Source: a virus (taxonomy: Duplodnaviria; Caudoviricetes). From it: DNA of 54,087 nucleotides. The notes below the pieces were generated by a model that made no database searches, was not told where the DNA came from, and saw only the letters and a list, made by a program, of their open reading frames with translations. A program made the position numbers and the translations under genes. This document shows positions 1-9,014 of the stretch, in pieces. Position 1 is the first letter of the stretch; every line of letters starts with the position of its first letter. The stretch is taken from positions 1-54,087 of IMG/VR virus record IMGVR_UViG_3300037350_000041, one strand, 5' to 3'.

Positions 1-261
1 TTCCAGGTCCCCGATCTCCCCCGCGACCGCCCCACGGTGCCGGAGGTCGGGCCGCTCATCGCCGCGTACTACGAGAAGCCGGGCAACCTCGCGGGCGGCA
101 ACTGTCACATCGTGCTCGACGACACCAACCTGGACGACGACAGCCTGCGGTTCTGTCTGGAGAACTGCGAGAAGCGCGGCGACGAGGACGGGGCGACGAT
201 CATGCGGAAGATGCTCCTGATGACGATGACCCAGAGGCGGAAGGTGGTGGGGTGGAGATGA
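1..261 (+). CDS. Hypothetical phage protein, probably 5'-truncated
   Basis: Frame open from base 1; GGNCHIVLDDTNLDD motif; TGA overlaps next ATG (ATGA 258-261). Confidence 0.6.
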   Translation, partial: FQVPDLPRDRPTVPEVGPLIAAYYEKPGNLAGGNCHIVLDDTNLDDDSLRFCLENCEKRGDEDGATIMRKMLLMTMTQRRKVVGWR

Positions 262-611
262 TCCGAATCTTCATAGCAGCTGAGCCAATTCGGGCCGGCG
301 AATACGTTGTCCCCGGAGACCTCGCTGAGACCGTCCGTGTTCGACAACGCGGCGAAGCCTGCATCGTCGGCATCGCTGCCACGGAAGCGTTGGCGCGTGG
401 CGACGTCGTGGATGTGATGGTGTCGACCTTCCCACAGGCTGAGGCAATGCCTGCGGACATCAACACCGTGCTTCTCATCGGCCAACGGAAGACGCGCTTC
501 AACGGCGTCTATCGGCGCGTGACGGCGCTCGACATCGCGCCACTGCCGCACGTGTCGCCGCACTTCGTCTTCGAGGCGTGGTTCTCGGCGGAGGAGAGGA
601 GCACGCGATGA
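258..611 (+). CDS. Protein with N-terminal capsid-cement (DUF2190-like) half domain
   Basis: IAAEPIRAGEYVVPGDLAETVRVRQRG..VGIA..A.A....V.V.V aligns by eye with the C-terminal half of ORF 11053-11469; ATGA coupling at both ends. Confidence 0.55.
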   Translation: MIRIFIAAEPIRAGEYVVPGDLAETVRVRQRGEACIVGIAATEALARGDVVDVMVSTFPQAEAMPADINTVLLIGQRKTRFNGVYRRVTALDIAPLPHVSPHFVFEAWFSAEERSTR

Positions 612-913
612 CGCATCCGCGATGGCTGGACAAGCACGAGCGTCAGGAACGAACAGCCCCGGCTCACCTGCGCGTCGGTCTTACCCGCGTCGGCATTCTC
701 CAGGTCACGCCTCTGGACACAGGAGGCGTAGCGCTCGTCGCTGGCTACCCGTCGTGGTTCAACGATCTGTGGAACGAGATCGGCGGAGTTGCGTGGACGC
801 TGAGCCCGCATGGGATCGCTGACCTTGCAGCAATGATCACCGCACGGCTTCAGTACACGTTCGGGCCGATGGTTCACTGCGAGCCGGCGGAGACGGAGAT
901 GCCCACCGCATGA
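608..913 (+). CDS. Hypothetical protein
   Basis: ATGA overlaps at 608-611 and 910-913; GGAG upstream. Confidence 0.6.
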   Translation: MTHPRWLDKHERQERTAPAHLRVGLTRVGILQVTPLDTGGVALVAGYPSWFNDLWNEIGGVAWTLSPHGIADLAAMITARLQYTFGPMVHCEPAETEMPTA

Positions 914-1134
914 GATCTCGTGCCATGCACCAGATCCTCTCCGCGCAACCCGTCGACACAGTGGTCACGTTCCGCGTGGTCGACGACTTCATCGGCACCG
1001 CCACGCTCGACATCATCGAGACGTGGGCGAGTGGCGCGCGCGTCCGGTCGTCGCTGCCGATCTGGGCGGACACCACGAGCGCGGAGATTGCGCGGAGGCT
1101 GGTGGGGATGGTTGGGGAAAGGACGGGGCGATGA
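910..1134 (+). CDS. Hypothetical protein
   Basis: Translationally coupled (ATGA) at both ends. Confidence 0.55.
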   Translation: MRSRAMHQILSAQPVDTVVTFRVVDDFIGTATLDIIETWASGARVRSSLPIWADTTSAEIARRLVGMVGERTGR

Positions 1135-1508
1135 TTGCCACAGGAGATATTCTCATCGGTGCGCTTTGCGTCGGCGTTGTCGTTGGTGCTCTGGTTGTGG
1201 CGATCCAACTCGTTCTCGCCGTGCGCGCTACCAAGCGAACGCCGGCGAAAGTCACCACCGACCCGGTGGCGATCATGCTCGACGCGAGTCGGCGATGGCT
1301 TGACGAGAGCGCCACATGGAACGCGTTCCACGAGCGCGGCGCATGCGATCTTGCGAAGGGACACCCGACGCGAGATGGCTACCTGTGGTGCCAATTGCCG
1401 AGACATGGCGACGACACGCCGCACCGGTGGAGCGATGACCGCGTGCGGGTGAAAGACATCCCACGGCCCGTTGCGCAACCTTTCTGGCTGCCGAGCCTTC
1501 CACCCTAA
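1131..1508 (+). CDS. Membrane-anchored hypothetical protein
   Basis: N-terminal hydrophobic helix ILIGALCVGVVVGALVVAIQLVLAV; C/H motif C-x12-C-x4-H-x5-H. Confidence 0.6.
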   Translation: MIATGDILIGALCVGVVVGALVVAIQLVLAVRATKRTPAKVTTDPVAIMLDASRRWLDESATWNAFHERGACDLAKGHPTRDGYLWCQLPRHGDDTPHRWSDDRVRVKDIPRPVAQPFWLPSLPP

Positions 1509-1603
1509 CCCCAAAGCGAAACGGCCAGCCCCGCCAAGGGCCAGCCGTTCGGATCGCGCGCCCCGCCAGAGGCTCGACACCAACACTCCTACCGGAGCGA
1601 GCC

Positions 1604-2599
1604 ATGACAAGCAATTCTCCCGGACCGAAAACCGCGCCATTCACGCAGCGACACCGCGACGACCTGACACGATTCTTCGCCGACGATGGACCCGCGATCG
1701 GCTTGGCCGGATGCGGTTTCGAGCTCGGCGCGCCGGCCACCGAACCGGTGTGGGAGCGGACGACAACGGCGATGCTTCGGCGCGTCGGATACCTCGGCTT
1801 CGGCGAAAGCGAGATCGCCAAGCTCGGGCGCACCCACGCCGTGCTGGTCACCCTGCCGGCGGACACGGTAGCCGTCCTCCGCGCCCGGTACCGCCCCGGA
1901 CGGTGGCACGAGGGCATGTTGGCCGGCGACGACAACGCGGCGCCGCTCACCCGGATCGAGCATGCGACGGAAGCGCTCTACGGCGTCGTGCGGCTCCTCT
2001 GCCCGGACCTCGGTCACGCGCTGGCGGCGCTCGAGCACGCGGAGGGGGCACGGCGGGCCGCCATGGCGAACCCGGAGGCCGAGGCAGCGGAAGGGCGCTA
2101 CGCGGTCGCCATTGCCCGGCGGGCGGGTCTGGAGGCGCAAGCCGAGGCGGTCGTGGCGCGGCTCGCTCTCGCTCTCGTGCCGTACCGGCGCCGGGACGAG
2201 GAGAACGAGTACCAGGCGGCACGGGCCGAGCTCGGGCGCGTCCACGCCCTCCCCTGGCCCCAACGCGAGCCGATCCCCGAGACGCCCGGGCGACCCATCG
2301 ACCGAGCGACCAACGCCCGCACCAAGGCCGCCGTGGACGAAGCGCGGGGCGTCTGGAAGGCGGCGGTGAAAGAGGCGCTCTCGCGGGCCGGGGTGGCGGT
2401 GAGGAACGCGGAGGCGGTGTTCGCCGGGGCGTGCCCGCGGGGAACGAAGCGCCAGCGGATCGAGGCCGAGCTGTGGGGAGAGCCGGCACCCGCGCCGGTC
2501 CCGAAGGTCAAGGTGAAGGCGGAGAGGGCCGAGGTCGTGTCGATGTCGCAGCGGGTGGCGGACCTGATTTGGATGCACGGGCAGGCGGTGGGGACGTGA
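1604..2599 (+). CDS. Hypothetical helical protein (possible regulator)
   Basis: 331-aa ORF with protein-like composition, GGAG upstream, GTGA coupling to next gene. Confidence 0.6.
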   Translation: MTSNSPGPKTAPFTQRHRDDLTRFFADDGPAIGLAGCGFELGAPATEPVWERTTTAMLRRVGYLGFGESEIAKLGRTHAVLVTLPADTVAVLRARYRPGRWHEGMLAGDDNAAPLTRIEHATEALYGVVRLLCPDLGHALAALEHAEGARRAAMANPEAEAAEGRYAVAIARRAGLEAQAEAVVARLALALVPYRRRDEENEYQAARAELGRVHALPWPQREPIPETPGRPIDRATNARTKAAVDEARGVWKAAVKEALSRAGVAVRNAEAVFAGACPRGTKRQRIEAELWGEPAPAPVPKVKVKAERAEVVSMSQRVADLIWMHGQAVGT

Positions 2600-3138
2600 G
2601 GCGCGGTGATCGGGTCATCCCGAAGAAGAAGGCCACGGAGATCCTGCGCCTGTTCGAAGAGAGCGGCACAGCACCGCCGGTGCCTGGCGTGTACTTCATC
2701 CAGACAGCGGGCCCGGACGGACCCGTCAAGATCGGGGTCGCCACCGACATCAGGACGCGACTCGCAGCGCTGCAAACCGCCCACCCATGGGAGTTGAAGG
2801 TCCTGGGCTACGAGCACATCGACGATGAATCTTCGCGCTACGCAAGGGAGCAATTCCTCCACCAGAGATTCGCAGCGGACCGGATGAGCGGCGAGTGGTT
2901 CCGCGCGAGCCAGGCGCTCCTTAGGCTGGCGATGGCGCATCAGCTGGAGCCGGCTACGCGAGCGGACATCGAAGCCGGTCAAACGATGGCAGAGGCGGCG
3001 TTCGTCGCGACGCTCGACGAAGACATCAGCGAGGACGACCTGATTCACGCCATCGACAGGCGGCGACGCGAAGAGGCCGCGCGGGCTGCGTTCGACCCAG
3101 CGATCCCGCTGCCGATCGGAAAGGGGGCGCGCCGATGA
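2596..3138 (+). CDS. GIY-YIG nuclease (T5orf172/MUG113-type)
   Basis: VYFIQ..GPVKIG.ATDIRTRLAALQTAHP...E..LH.RF......GEWF; GTG start overlaps upstream TGA. Confidence 0.85.
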   Translation: MRRGDRVIPKKKATEILRLFEESGTAPPVPGVYFIQTAGPDGPVKIGVATDIRTRLAALQTAHPWELKVLGYEHIDDESSRYAREQFLHQRFAADRMSGEWFRASQALLRLAMAHQLEPATRADIEAGQTMAEAAFVATLDEDISEDDLIHAIDRRRREEAARAAFDPAIPLPIGKGARR

Positions 3139-3488
3139 AGGGCCACGCGCACCTCACGCTCGACCAGGCCGCGGACTTCCTCGGGATGACGGGTCGATTC
3201 CGGGCGATCAAGCTCCGCCGAATCATCCTCCGCCGCGAGGCCGAGACGAAGAAGCGGATCCTGATTCGGTTTGGGGAGAAGCGGACCAACTGGCGGATCA
3301 CTGTCGCGAGCATTGAACGGCACCTCCCGGAGATGGTGTCGAAGCAAGACGACATGGCGACGCAGATCGCCGAGGCCGTCACGGAGTTCACGCGGAAGAT
3401 CGATGATCTGTACCAGCGCGACGCCGCTCTCGCGCGGCGCATCCGGAAGCTCGAAACGGCGGCGGCGTTGCGGGGGACGGCGCCGTGA
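3135..3488 (+). CDS. Putative HTH DNA-binding protein with C-terminal coiled coil
   Basis: HLTLDQAADFLGM (excisionase/MerR-like HTH start); heptad-like C-terminus. Confidence 0.55.
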   Translation: MKGHAHLTLDQAADFLGMTGRFRAIKLRRIILRREAETKKRILIRFGEKRTNWRITVASIERHLPEMVSKQDDMATQIAEAVTEFTRKIDDLYQRDAALARRIRKLETAAALRGTAP

Positions 3489-4022
3489 CTACGCCCTGAC
3501 GATGAGCCGCGCCGCGTACCACGCGCCCGGTGACGCCATCCTCTGCCACGCGCCGGCCGACGGGGACCACTTGAACCCGCGGCCGCGCAGCATCGCGCGC
3601 GTTGTGTCGTCGGGCTTGGCGACGAACACGATCCGGACGCGGTTCTCTTCCTCGACGACACGCGCAATCGGCGTCTCCACCGGCGCCGGCGTCTCTCGCG
3701 TCGCACTGGCGACGCCCCACCGCGCCCGGGCGGCCCTGGTGGCCGTCTCCCGCCGCTCGGCCTTCGTGGTCGCCTTGGCGCGCGCTCGCCCCCCGGCGGC
3801 CCCGTGTGGCTCGGTGGAGGTGCCACGCGCGGCGTCGACCGTGGTCCGAAGCCGAGGGTCCGCCGCGATCCACCGGCAGAGGGTCCGGTGATGCACACCA
3901 AGACGCTCCGCCGCCCGGCTCACGTTCCCGTCCGACCGGGTGAGCGCGAGAACAATTTCGGCGACCGCTTCTGGCAGCCCGGCTCGGTACCTCAGCGACA
4001 GCGAATTCGTAGGGGGAGGCAT
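3489..4022 (-). CDS. Fis-type HTH fused to a DUF3560-C-terminal-like domain
   Basis: ALTRSDGNVSRAAERLGVHHRTLCRW (HTH_8 pattern); NRVRIVF..KPD..TR..LR..GFKWSPS.GAWQR C-terminus; ATG at 4022. Confidence 0.7.
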   Translation of the reverse strand: MPPPTNSLSLRYRAGLPEAVAEIVLALTRSDGNVSRAAERLGVHHRTLCRWIAADPRLRTTVDAARGTSTEPHGAAGGRARAKATTKAERRETATRAARARWGVASATRETPAPVETPIARVVEEENRVRIVFVAKPDDTTRAMLRGRGFKWSPSAGAWQRMASPGAWYAARLIVRA

Positions 4023-4035
4023 GGGCGCGGACGCC

Positions 4036-4092
4036 TCGCACGACCCGTGCCACGCGCCGAGTCGACTGACACCACGTGACACCGAGTGACAG
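4036..4092 (-). promoter_or_regulatory. Candidate sigma54 promoter (-24/-12) with three upstream TGACA direct repeats at 10-bp period
   Basis: Minus strand TGGCACG-GGTC-GTGCG (4052-4037, GG-N10-GC); TGACA at 4067, 4077, 4087. Confidence 0.45.
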
Positions 4093-4223
4093 CGCCAGCC
4101 CAAAGGGGAAGAGGGTCTCGCGCGCTCCCCGGTCACGCCGGAAGGAGCCGCGTCACCCTCCGAGCGCCGCCCATGCCTCCCCTCCACCCGGGAGCACGGA
4201 CGGCGCGCACACCCCGACGCCCC

Positions 4224-4415
4224 ATGCACCCCGTGTCACACGCGACGTTCACCAGCCTGGCCGAAGCCACGCCGACGCCTCCCCACCCGGAGCGCACGGC
4301 GCTGAGCATCCCCGTCTTCGGACTCGGGTGGGACGCGGAGAGCTGCGAGGTCCAGTGGCTCACGGCGACAGACCTCCGGCAGCGGATCACGGGCGAGACG
4401 GAGCCGCAGGCGTGA
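4224..4415 (+). CDS. Small hypothetical protein
   Basis: Coupled by GTGA to 4412; start uncertain. Confidence 0.35.
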   Translation: MHPVSHATFTSLAEATPTPPHPERTALSIPVFGLGWDAESCEVQWLTATDLRQRITGETEPQA

Positions 4416-4549
4416 GCTGGAACCCGCACGACGCGCGGATCGTCGAGGCCATCGACGCCCGGCGAGCGGCGGAACGGAAGCGGAAGGCGCGGGACGAGAA
4501 GAGGCGACGGCGGGCGCTGAGACTGGCGACGCCGAGGGTGCTGCATTGA
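4412..4549 (+). CDS. Small basic protein
   Basis: VSWNPHDARIVEAIDARRAAERKRKARDEKRRRR; GTGA overlap. Confidence 0.4.
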   Translation: MSWNPHDARIVEAIDARRAAERKRKARDEKRRRRALRLATPRVLH

Positions 4550-4594
4550 CCGAGGCGGTTCAGACCACGACGACGGGCGAGGAGCGGTAGGCGG

Positions 4595-5077
4595 ATGGCG
4601 GGTGGTCGACCGACGAAGCTCACGCCGGAACTGGCGGCGCGCGTCGTGAAACTCATCGAATCCGGCTGGTGGCTCGAACACGCGGCGGACGAGGTGGGGA
4701 TCGTCTATCGCACGCTGTACGCGTGGATTCGAGACGGCGAGAGCCAGGAAGCGACGCCGGAGCTCGCCGAGTTTTCTCAGGCTTGCACCCGCGCACGGAC
4801 AAGAGCCGAGCGAGCCAAGTTGAAGAGCGCCGAAGACGCGCGCTCCAACGGCGAGGACTGGAAACTCGAGACGTGGCAACTCGAGCGCATGAACCCGAAG
4901 CGATACAAGCCCGCCGACAAGCACGAAGTGACCGGCGCCGATGGCGGCGCGATGAAGATCGCCAAGATCGTGATGTTGCCCCCCGAGGACGCGAAGCATG
5001 ACGCAACCGGAGGGGGAGATCCTGTGGCGCCCGAATCCGGGGCCGCAGACGAAGTTCCTTTCGTCGTCCGCCGCTGA
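4595..5077 (+). CDS. terS: Terminase small subunit
   Basis: GRPTKLTPE + HTH (AADEVGIVYRTLYAW) + KHEVTGADGG; directly upstream of TerL. Confidence 0.85.
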   Translation: MAGGRPTKLTPELAARVVKLIESGWWLEHAADEVGIVYRTLYAWIRDGESQEATPELAEFSQACTRARTRAERAKLKSAEDARSNGEDWKLETWQLERMNPKRYKPADKHEVTGADGGAMKIAKIVMLPPEDAKHDATGGGDPVAPESGAADEVPFVVRR

Positions 5078-6341
5078 GGTCCTTTTCGGAGGAGCAGCCG
5101 GAGGTGGCAAGAGCGCTGGGTCAATCGCGCTCCCTCTCCGCTGGACCGACAACGGCAACTTCCGCGCGCTGTTCCTCCGCCGCGAAGCCAAGTACCTCAG
5201 CGACGCGATCGACAAGTCGACCGCGATCTATCCGCAACTCGGCGCGAAGCTCGTTCAGTCGCCCAAGATCATCTGGACCTTCCCATCGGGAGCGAAGGTC
5301 TGGCTGAACCACTGCGAGCACGAGAGCGACGTCGCGAACTACGACTCTCTCGAGTTCCACCTCGTCATCTTCGAGGAGCTCACCCACTTCACCGAGAAGC
5401 AGTACCGCGGGATCAGGGCACGCGTCCGCGGCACAGACCCGACGCTACCACGCTACTCGCGAGCTACGTCGAACCCGGGCGGCGACGGGCACGAATGGGT
5501 GTTCAAGCGCTTCGCTCCGTGGCTCGACCCGAAGGCGCCACGGCGCGCGCAGGGCGGCGAGATTCGGTGGTTTCGCGGTGACGACCAGGTGCCCGAGGGG
5601 ACTCCCGACGCTCTCTCTCGCACGTTCATCCCGGCGAAGCTCACCGACAACCCGTACGTCACCGCCGACTACCGGGCACAACTCCTCGACCTCGATCCGG
5701 TCCGCCGCGCCCAACTCCTTGACGGCGACTGGCTCGTCCAGCCCGGCAAGGGGCTCTACTTCAAGCGCGATTGGTTTCGTGCGTGGGACGGTCAGTCACC
5801 CATCGTCGCGAAGGCCCGCGGATGGGACCTCGGCGCGACGCTCGACGGCGATTGGACGGTCGGCGCTCTCCTCGGGCGCACCGCCGCGGGTCAGTACGTG
5901 ATCCTCGACGTGGTGCGCTTCCGCGGCACCCCGAACGACGTCGACTCGATGATCGTGGCGACCGCGGACCAGGACGGCCCGGACGTGCTCCAGCGACTCC
6001 CGCAGGACCCAGGCCAAGCCGGGGTCGCGCAGGTCGTTCACTACTCCAGGCTCCTCGCCGGGAAGCGCTTTCGATTCGTTCGCCCCACCGGCGACAAGGT
6101 GACGCGCGCTGGCCCGGTGTCGTCGCAAGCCGAGGCGGGCAACCTGCTCGTGGCGCCCGGTAGCGAGTGGCTCCCCGCGCTCCTGTCCGAGCTCGAAGCC
6201 TTTCCCGAAGGATCGCACGACGATCAGGTGGACGCGATTGCGGACGCCTTCAACTCGCTCGTCCGGTGGATGCCAGCGTCGGCCGGAAAGAAGCTCGGCG
6301 GATTCACCATCGCCACCGTCGACCAAATCCGCACCGGCTGA
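4998..6341 (+). CDS. terL: Terminase large subunit
   Basis: Q motif PNPGPQ, Walker A GGAAGGGKS, Walker B VIFEELTHF, ATSNPGG, nuclease GWDLG and HDDQVDA. Confidence 0.97.
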   Translation: MTQPEGEILWRPNPGPQTKFLSSSAAEVLFGGAAGGGKSAGSIALPLRWTDNGNFRALFLRREAKYLSDAIDKSTAIYPQLGAKLVQSPKIIWTFPSGAKVWLNHCEHESDVANYDSLEFHLVIFEELTHFTEKQYRGIRARVRGTDPTLPRYSRATSNPGGDGHEWVFKRFAPWLDPKAPRRAQGGEIRWFRGDDQVPEGTPDALSRTFIPAKLTDNPYVTADYRAQLLDLDPVRRAQLLDGDWLVQPGKGLYFKRDWFRAWDGQSPIVAKARGWDLGATLDGDWTVGALLGRTAAGQYVILDVVRFRGTPNDVDSMIVATADQDGPDVLQRLPQDPGQAGVAQVVHYSRLLAGKRFRFVRPTGDKVTRAGPVSSQAEAGNLLVAPGSEWLPALLSELEAFPEGSHDDQVDAIADAFNSLVRWMPASAGKKLGGFTIATVDQIRTG

Positions 6342-6356
6342 CCCACCCCACCACCC

Positions 6357-8030
6357 ATGCCCTGGTACTCACGATTCACAGGGTGGGCGGTGTCGCTGTT
6401 CGCGCGGCGTGCCTCCTCACCCGAGCTCGGCGCACCCGTGCTGCCGCCGGCGAACCCAGGCGCGCAGTACGCGCAGGCCGAACGCGCGCCGCTCGCCCCC
6501 GGGCCGCTGACCGACAAGTATCCGATCATCATCGGCGCGGGCTCGACCCTCGCCTATCTCTCGTCGGTCAACCGGCTGTGCATCACTGGCTACCGCCGCG
6601 AGTTCGTCGATTTCCTCCGGGAGCTGCTCGAGCGTGACGGCGCCACCAAGGCGCTGCTCGCGTCCAGGTTCGCGACCGTCGCCGGCGGACGCCTCGAGAT
6701 CACCCCGGCCGACCTCCCCGAAGGTCACCCCGAGACGCAGGCCGCCGAGGAGATCGCGGACGAGTGCCGCATCGCGGTCGACGGGATCCCGGACCGCACC
6801 CAGGCGATCTTCAATCTGCTCTGGGCCGCCTTCTGGGGTGTCGCCGCCGCCGAGATTGGGTGGAAGCGCCGCCCCGATGGGTTCATCGCGCCGGACCGCC
6901 TCTACACCATCGCGAACCGCCGGATCGCGTACCCAAGTTACGACACCTGGGACGCCCACATCTGGGACCAGGGCAACGTCACCGGCGCGGGCACAGGATT
7001 CCAGCAGCCGACCAACTCGCCGATCTTCGGGCTGAACCTCTCGAAGGTCGCGAACAAATTCATCGTCCACACGCCCTCCTACTCGGGTGACTACCCGACG
7101 CGCGAGGGCATGGGCCGCGAGCTGGGCCCGCTGATGATCTTCAAGATCCTTGGCATGAGGTGCGGCGCGCAGTTCGTCGAGCGCTTCACCAAGATCGTGT
7201 TCTTCGCGTCGATGCGTACGCAAGACGCCACCCAGGGCAACCCTGGCGGCAACCCGCGTGCAGCGAACGAGGACGACTACGAGGTCGTGAGCGCCGCCAT
7301 GTTCCAATTGGGGCTCGGCGGCCTCGCGTCGATGGTCGTTCCCGACTGCGCCACCGTCCACATGGAAGGCCCAGGGACCAAGGGCGACGCGGGCACCAAG
7401 ATCATCCGTGATTGGGTGGAGCTCGTCGACGCGCAGATCCAAATCATCATCCGCGGCTCGTCCCTCACAACGACCCCGGGCAAGTTCGGCAGCAAGGGAT
7501 CGGGCGATACCGGGCAGCTCGCCGAGGCACAGAACGAGCGTTTCGACGCGATCACGATCGCCGAGACGCTCCGTCGCGACCTCGTGGGCGCCATCGTTCG
7601 GGTCAACAGGCCGACCCAGGTGCACCTGATTCCCAAGGTCACCGTCCACCTTGACGACCCGACCCCGGCAGCGATCGTCAAGCTCTACGCCGAGGCCGCC
7701 GCGACGGGCGCTGAGGTCGACGCCGACGCGATGACCGAAGAGGCCGGGCTCCGCACCATCCCGAACACCACGGGCAAGCCGCGCCGGCTCGCCCCCATCA
7801 AGCCGATCGAGTTGTCCGCCGAAGTCCTCGGTGGAGAGACCGCCGCGCTCGCCGAACGCCAGGCCGCAGAAGCCGCGAAGGCCGAGGCGGCAGCAACGCA
7901 AGCCAAGGCCGACGCCGCGGCGCAGGCGGCCCAAGAGCGCCCCGACGCGCAAGGCCCAGCCAACGACACCCGCGCGCCCGGCAAGGGCCGCGGCGACACC
8001 CAGGAACCGCGCCCCATCGCGGCGGAGTGA
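6357..8030 (+). CDS. Portal protein (Mu gp29/DUF935-like)
   Basis: Follows TerL; LLWAAFWGVAAAEIGW, KFIVH, FVERF, I...LRRDLV pattern. Confidence 0.88.
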   Translation: MPWYSRFTGWAVSLFARRASSPELGAPVLPPANPGAQYAQAERAPLAPGPLTDKYPIIIGAGSTLAYLSSVNRLCITGYRREFVDFLRELLERDGATKALLASRFATVAGGRLEITPADLPEGHPETQAAEEIADECRIAVDGIPDRTQAIFNLLWAAFWGVAAAEIGWKRRPDGFIAPDRLYTIANRRIAYPSYDTWDAHIWDQGNVTGAGTGFQQPTNSPIFGLNLSKVANKFIVHTPSYSGDYPTREGMGRELGPLMIFKILGMRCGAQFVERFTKIVFFASMRTQDATQGNPGGNPRAANEDDYEVVSAAMFQLGLGGLASMVVPDCATVHMEGPGTKGDAGTKIIRDWVELVDAQIQIIIRGSSLTTTPGKFGSKGSGDTGQLAEAQNERFDAITIAETLRRDLVGAIVRVNRPTQVHLIPKVTVHLDDPTPAAIVKLYAEAAATGAEVDADAMTEEAGLRTIPNTTGKPRRLAPIKPIELSAEVLGGETAALAERQAAEAAKAEAAATQAKADAAAQAAQERPDAQGPANDTRAPGKGRGDTQEPRPIAAE

Positions 8031-8036
8031 ACAGAC

Positions 8037-9014
8037 ATGGCATCGATCACGCAGCCCAGCGCCGGCGAAATCTCCAAGGCGACGACGTACCCCCCGGCCG
8101 CAGTCGCTCTCGTCACCCGCCTCGCGACCGAGACGCAGGCCGCGGTCTCCGGCGCCGGCAGTGACGGCACCGCGCCCGTCCACCTCGTCGACTTCGCCAC
8201 CGCGGCGAGCGTGACGGGCACCTACTCGTCCACGACGCTGGTGTTCACCGTCACCGCGACGGGGGCAGTCTCGATCGACGGCAGCAACGCCGTGATCGGC
8301 AAGCGGTACCTGTTCAAGGACCAGGGCGACTCGACCGGGGGCATCTACACATGCACCGGCGCCGGCGCGTCCTCGACGCACCCGACTTTCGCGCGCGCTG
8401 CCGATTGGGCCGTCTCGGCCGACGTTCAGGGCGGCATGCTGATTTCGGTCGTGGGCGGTTCGGCGAATGCCGGGCTGACCTACCAGGTCACCAACTCCAC
8501 CGCGTTCACGCTCGACACCACGACCCCGACGTTCTCGGCGCCCACCACCGCGACGGCGGCGAGCACCACCCCGGCCAACCCGGGCACCGGCGCGGTCGGC
8601 AACGGCACGACCTTCGCGCGCAACAACCACGTGCACCCACCGGAGTCGAAGTCGTGGCGCATCGACGATGCGGCTGCGTCCACCGCGACCACGGAGCGGC
8701 TCACGTTCTCGCTTCAGGCGGCGTCGACGATCTCGGCGATAAAGTTCTACCCGGAGGCGACGGTCACCGCGAACGACACCGACTACGCCACGATCACGTT
8801 CGGCAACAGTGACGGAGCGGGCGGCGCGAGGTCCACGATCGTCAGCGCCACCACCAAGATCACCGGCGGTGTCGCGTTCCCTGCGTACACGAACACCTCG
8901 CTGGGATCGCTCGCGAACGCGATCATCCCCGCGCACGGCGGCATCGCGATCACGATCACGAAGACCGGCGCCGGCCAGCAACTCAAGGGCATCTTCGTCA
9001 TCGAGTTCTCGTGA
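8037..9014 (+). CDS. Virion structural protein with fibre-associated domain (candidate head fibre/decoration)
   Basis: Thr/Ala/Gly-rich; IDG....G.RYLFKDQ....GGIY......FARAADW....VQGGM.ISV..GSAN module seen in phage fibre proteins. Confidence 0.65.
   Translation: MASITQPSAGEISKATTYPPAAVALVTRLATETQAAVSGAGSDGTAPVHLVDFATAASVTGTYSSTTLVFTVTATGAVSIDGSNAVIGKRYLFKDQGDSTGGIYTCTGAGASSTHPTFARAADWAVSADVQGGMLISVVGGSANAGLTYQVTNSTAFTLDTTTPTFSAPTTATAASTTPANPGTGAVGNGTTFARNNHVHPPESKSWRIDDAAASTATTERLTFSLQAASTISAIKFYPEATVTANDTDYATITFGNSDGAGGARSTIVSATTKITGGVAFPAYTNTSLGSLANAIIPAHGGIAITITKTGAGQQLKGIFVIEFS

Noticed and set aside
910-1134. Fourth structural-fragment copy (weak resemblance to the sheath V..GD...IA segment)
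   Set aside because: Too few identities to support by eye
1471-2595. 555-aa ORF as a long GIY-YIG protein
   Set aside because: First 375 codons are an off-frame shadow of 1604-2599; the coupled GTG at 2596 is the better start
4998-5077. 80-nt terS/terL overlap as a recoding signal
   Set aside because: Such overlaps are common in terminase operons and no slippery site is evident
6417-8981. Very long antisense ORFs (854 aa here; also 15284-17389, 24880-26622, most of 29674-31359)
   Set aside because: Arg/Gly-rich shadows of real + strand genes, expected in high-GC DNA; only the last 146 aa of 29674-31359 look like a real gene
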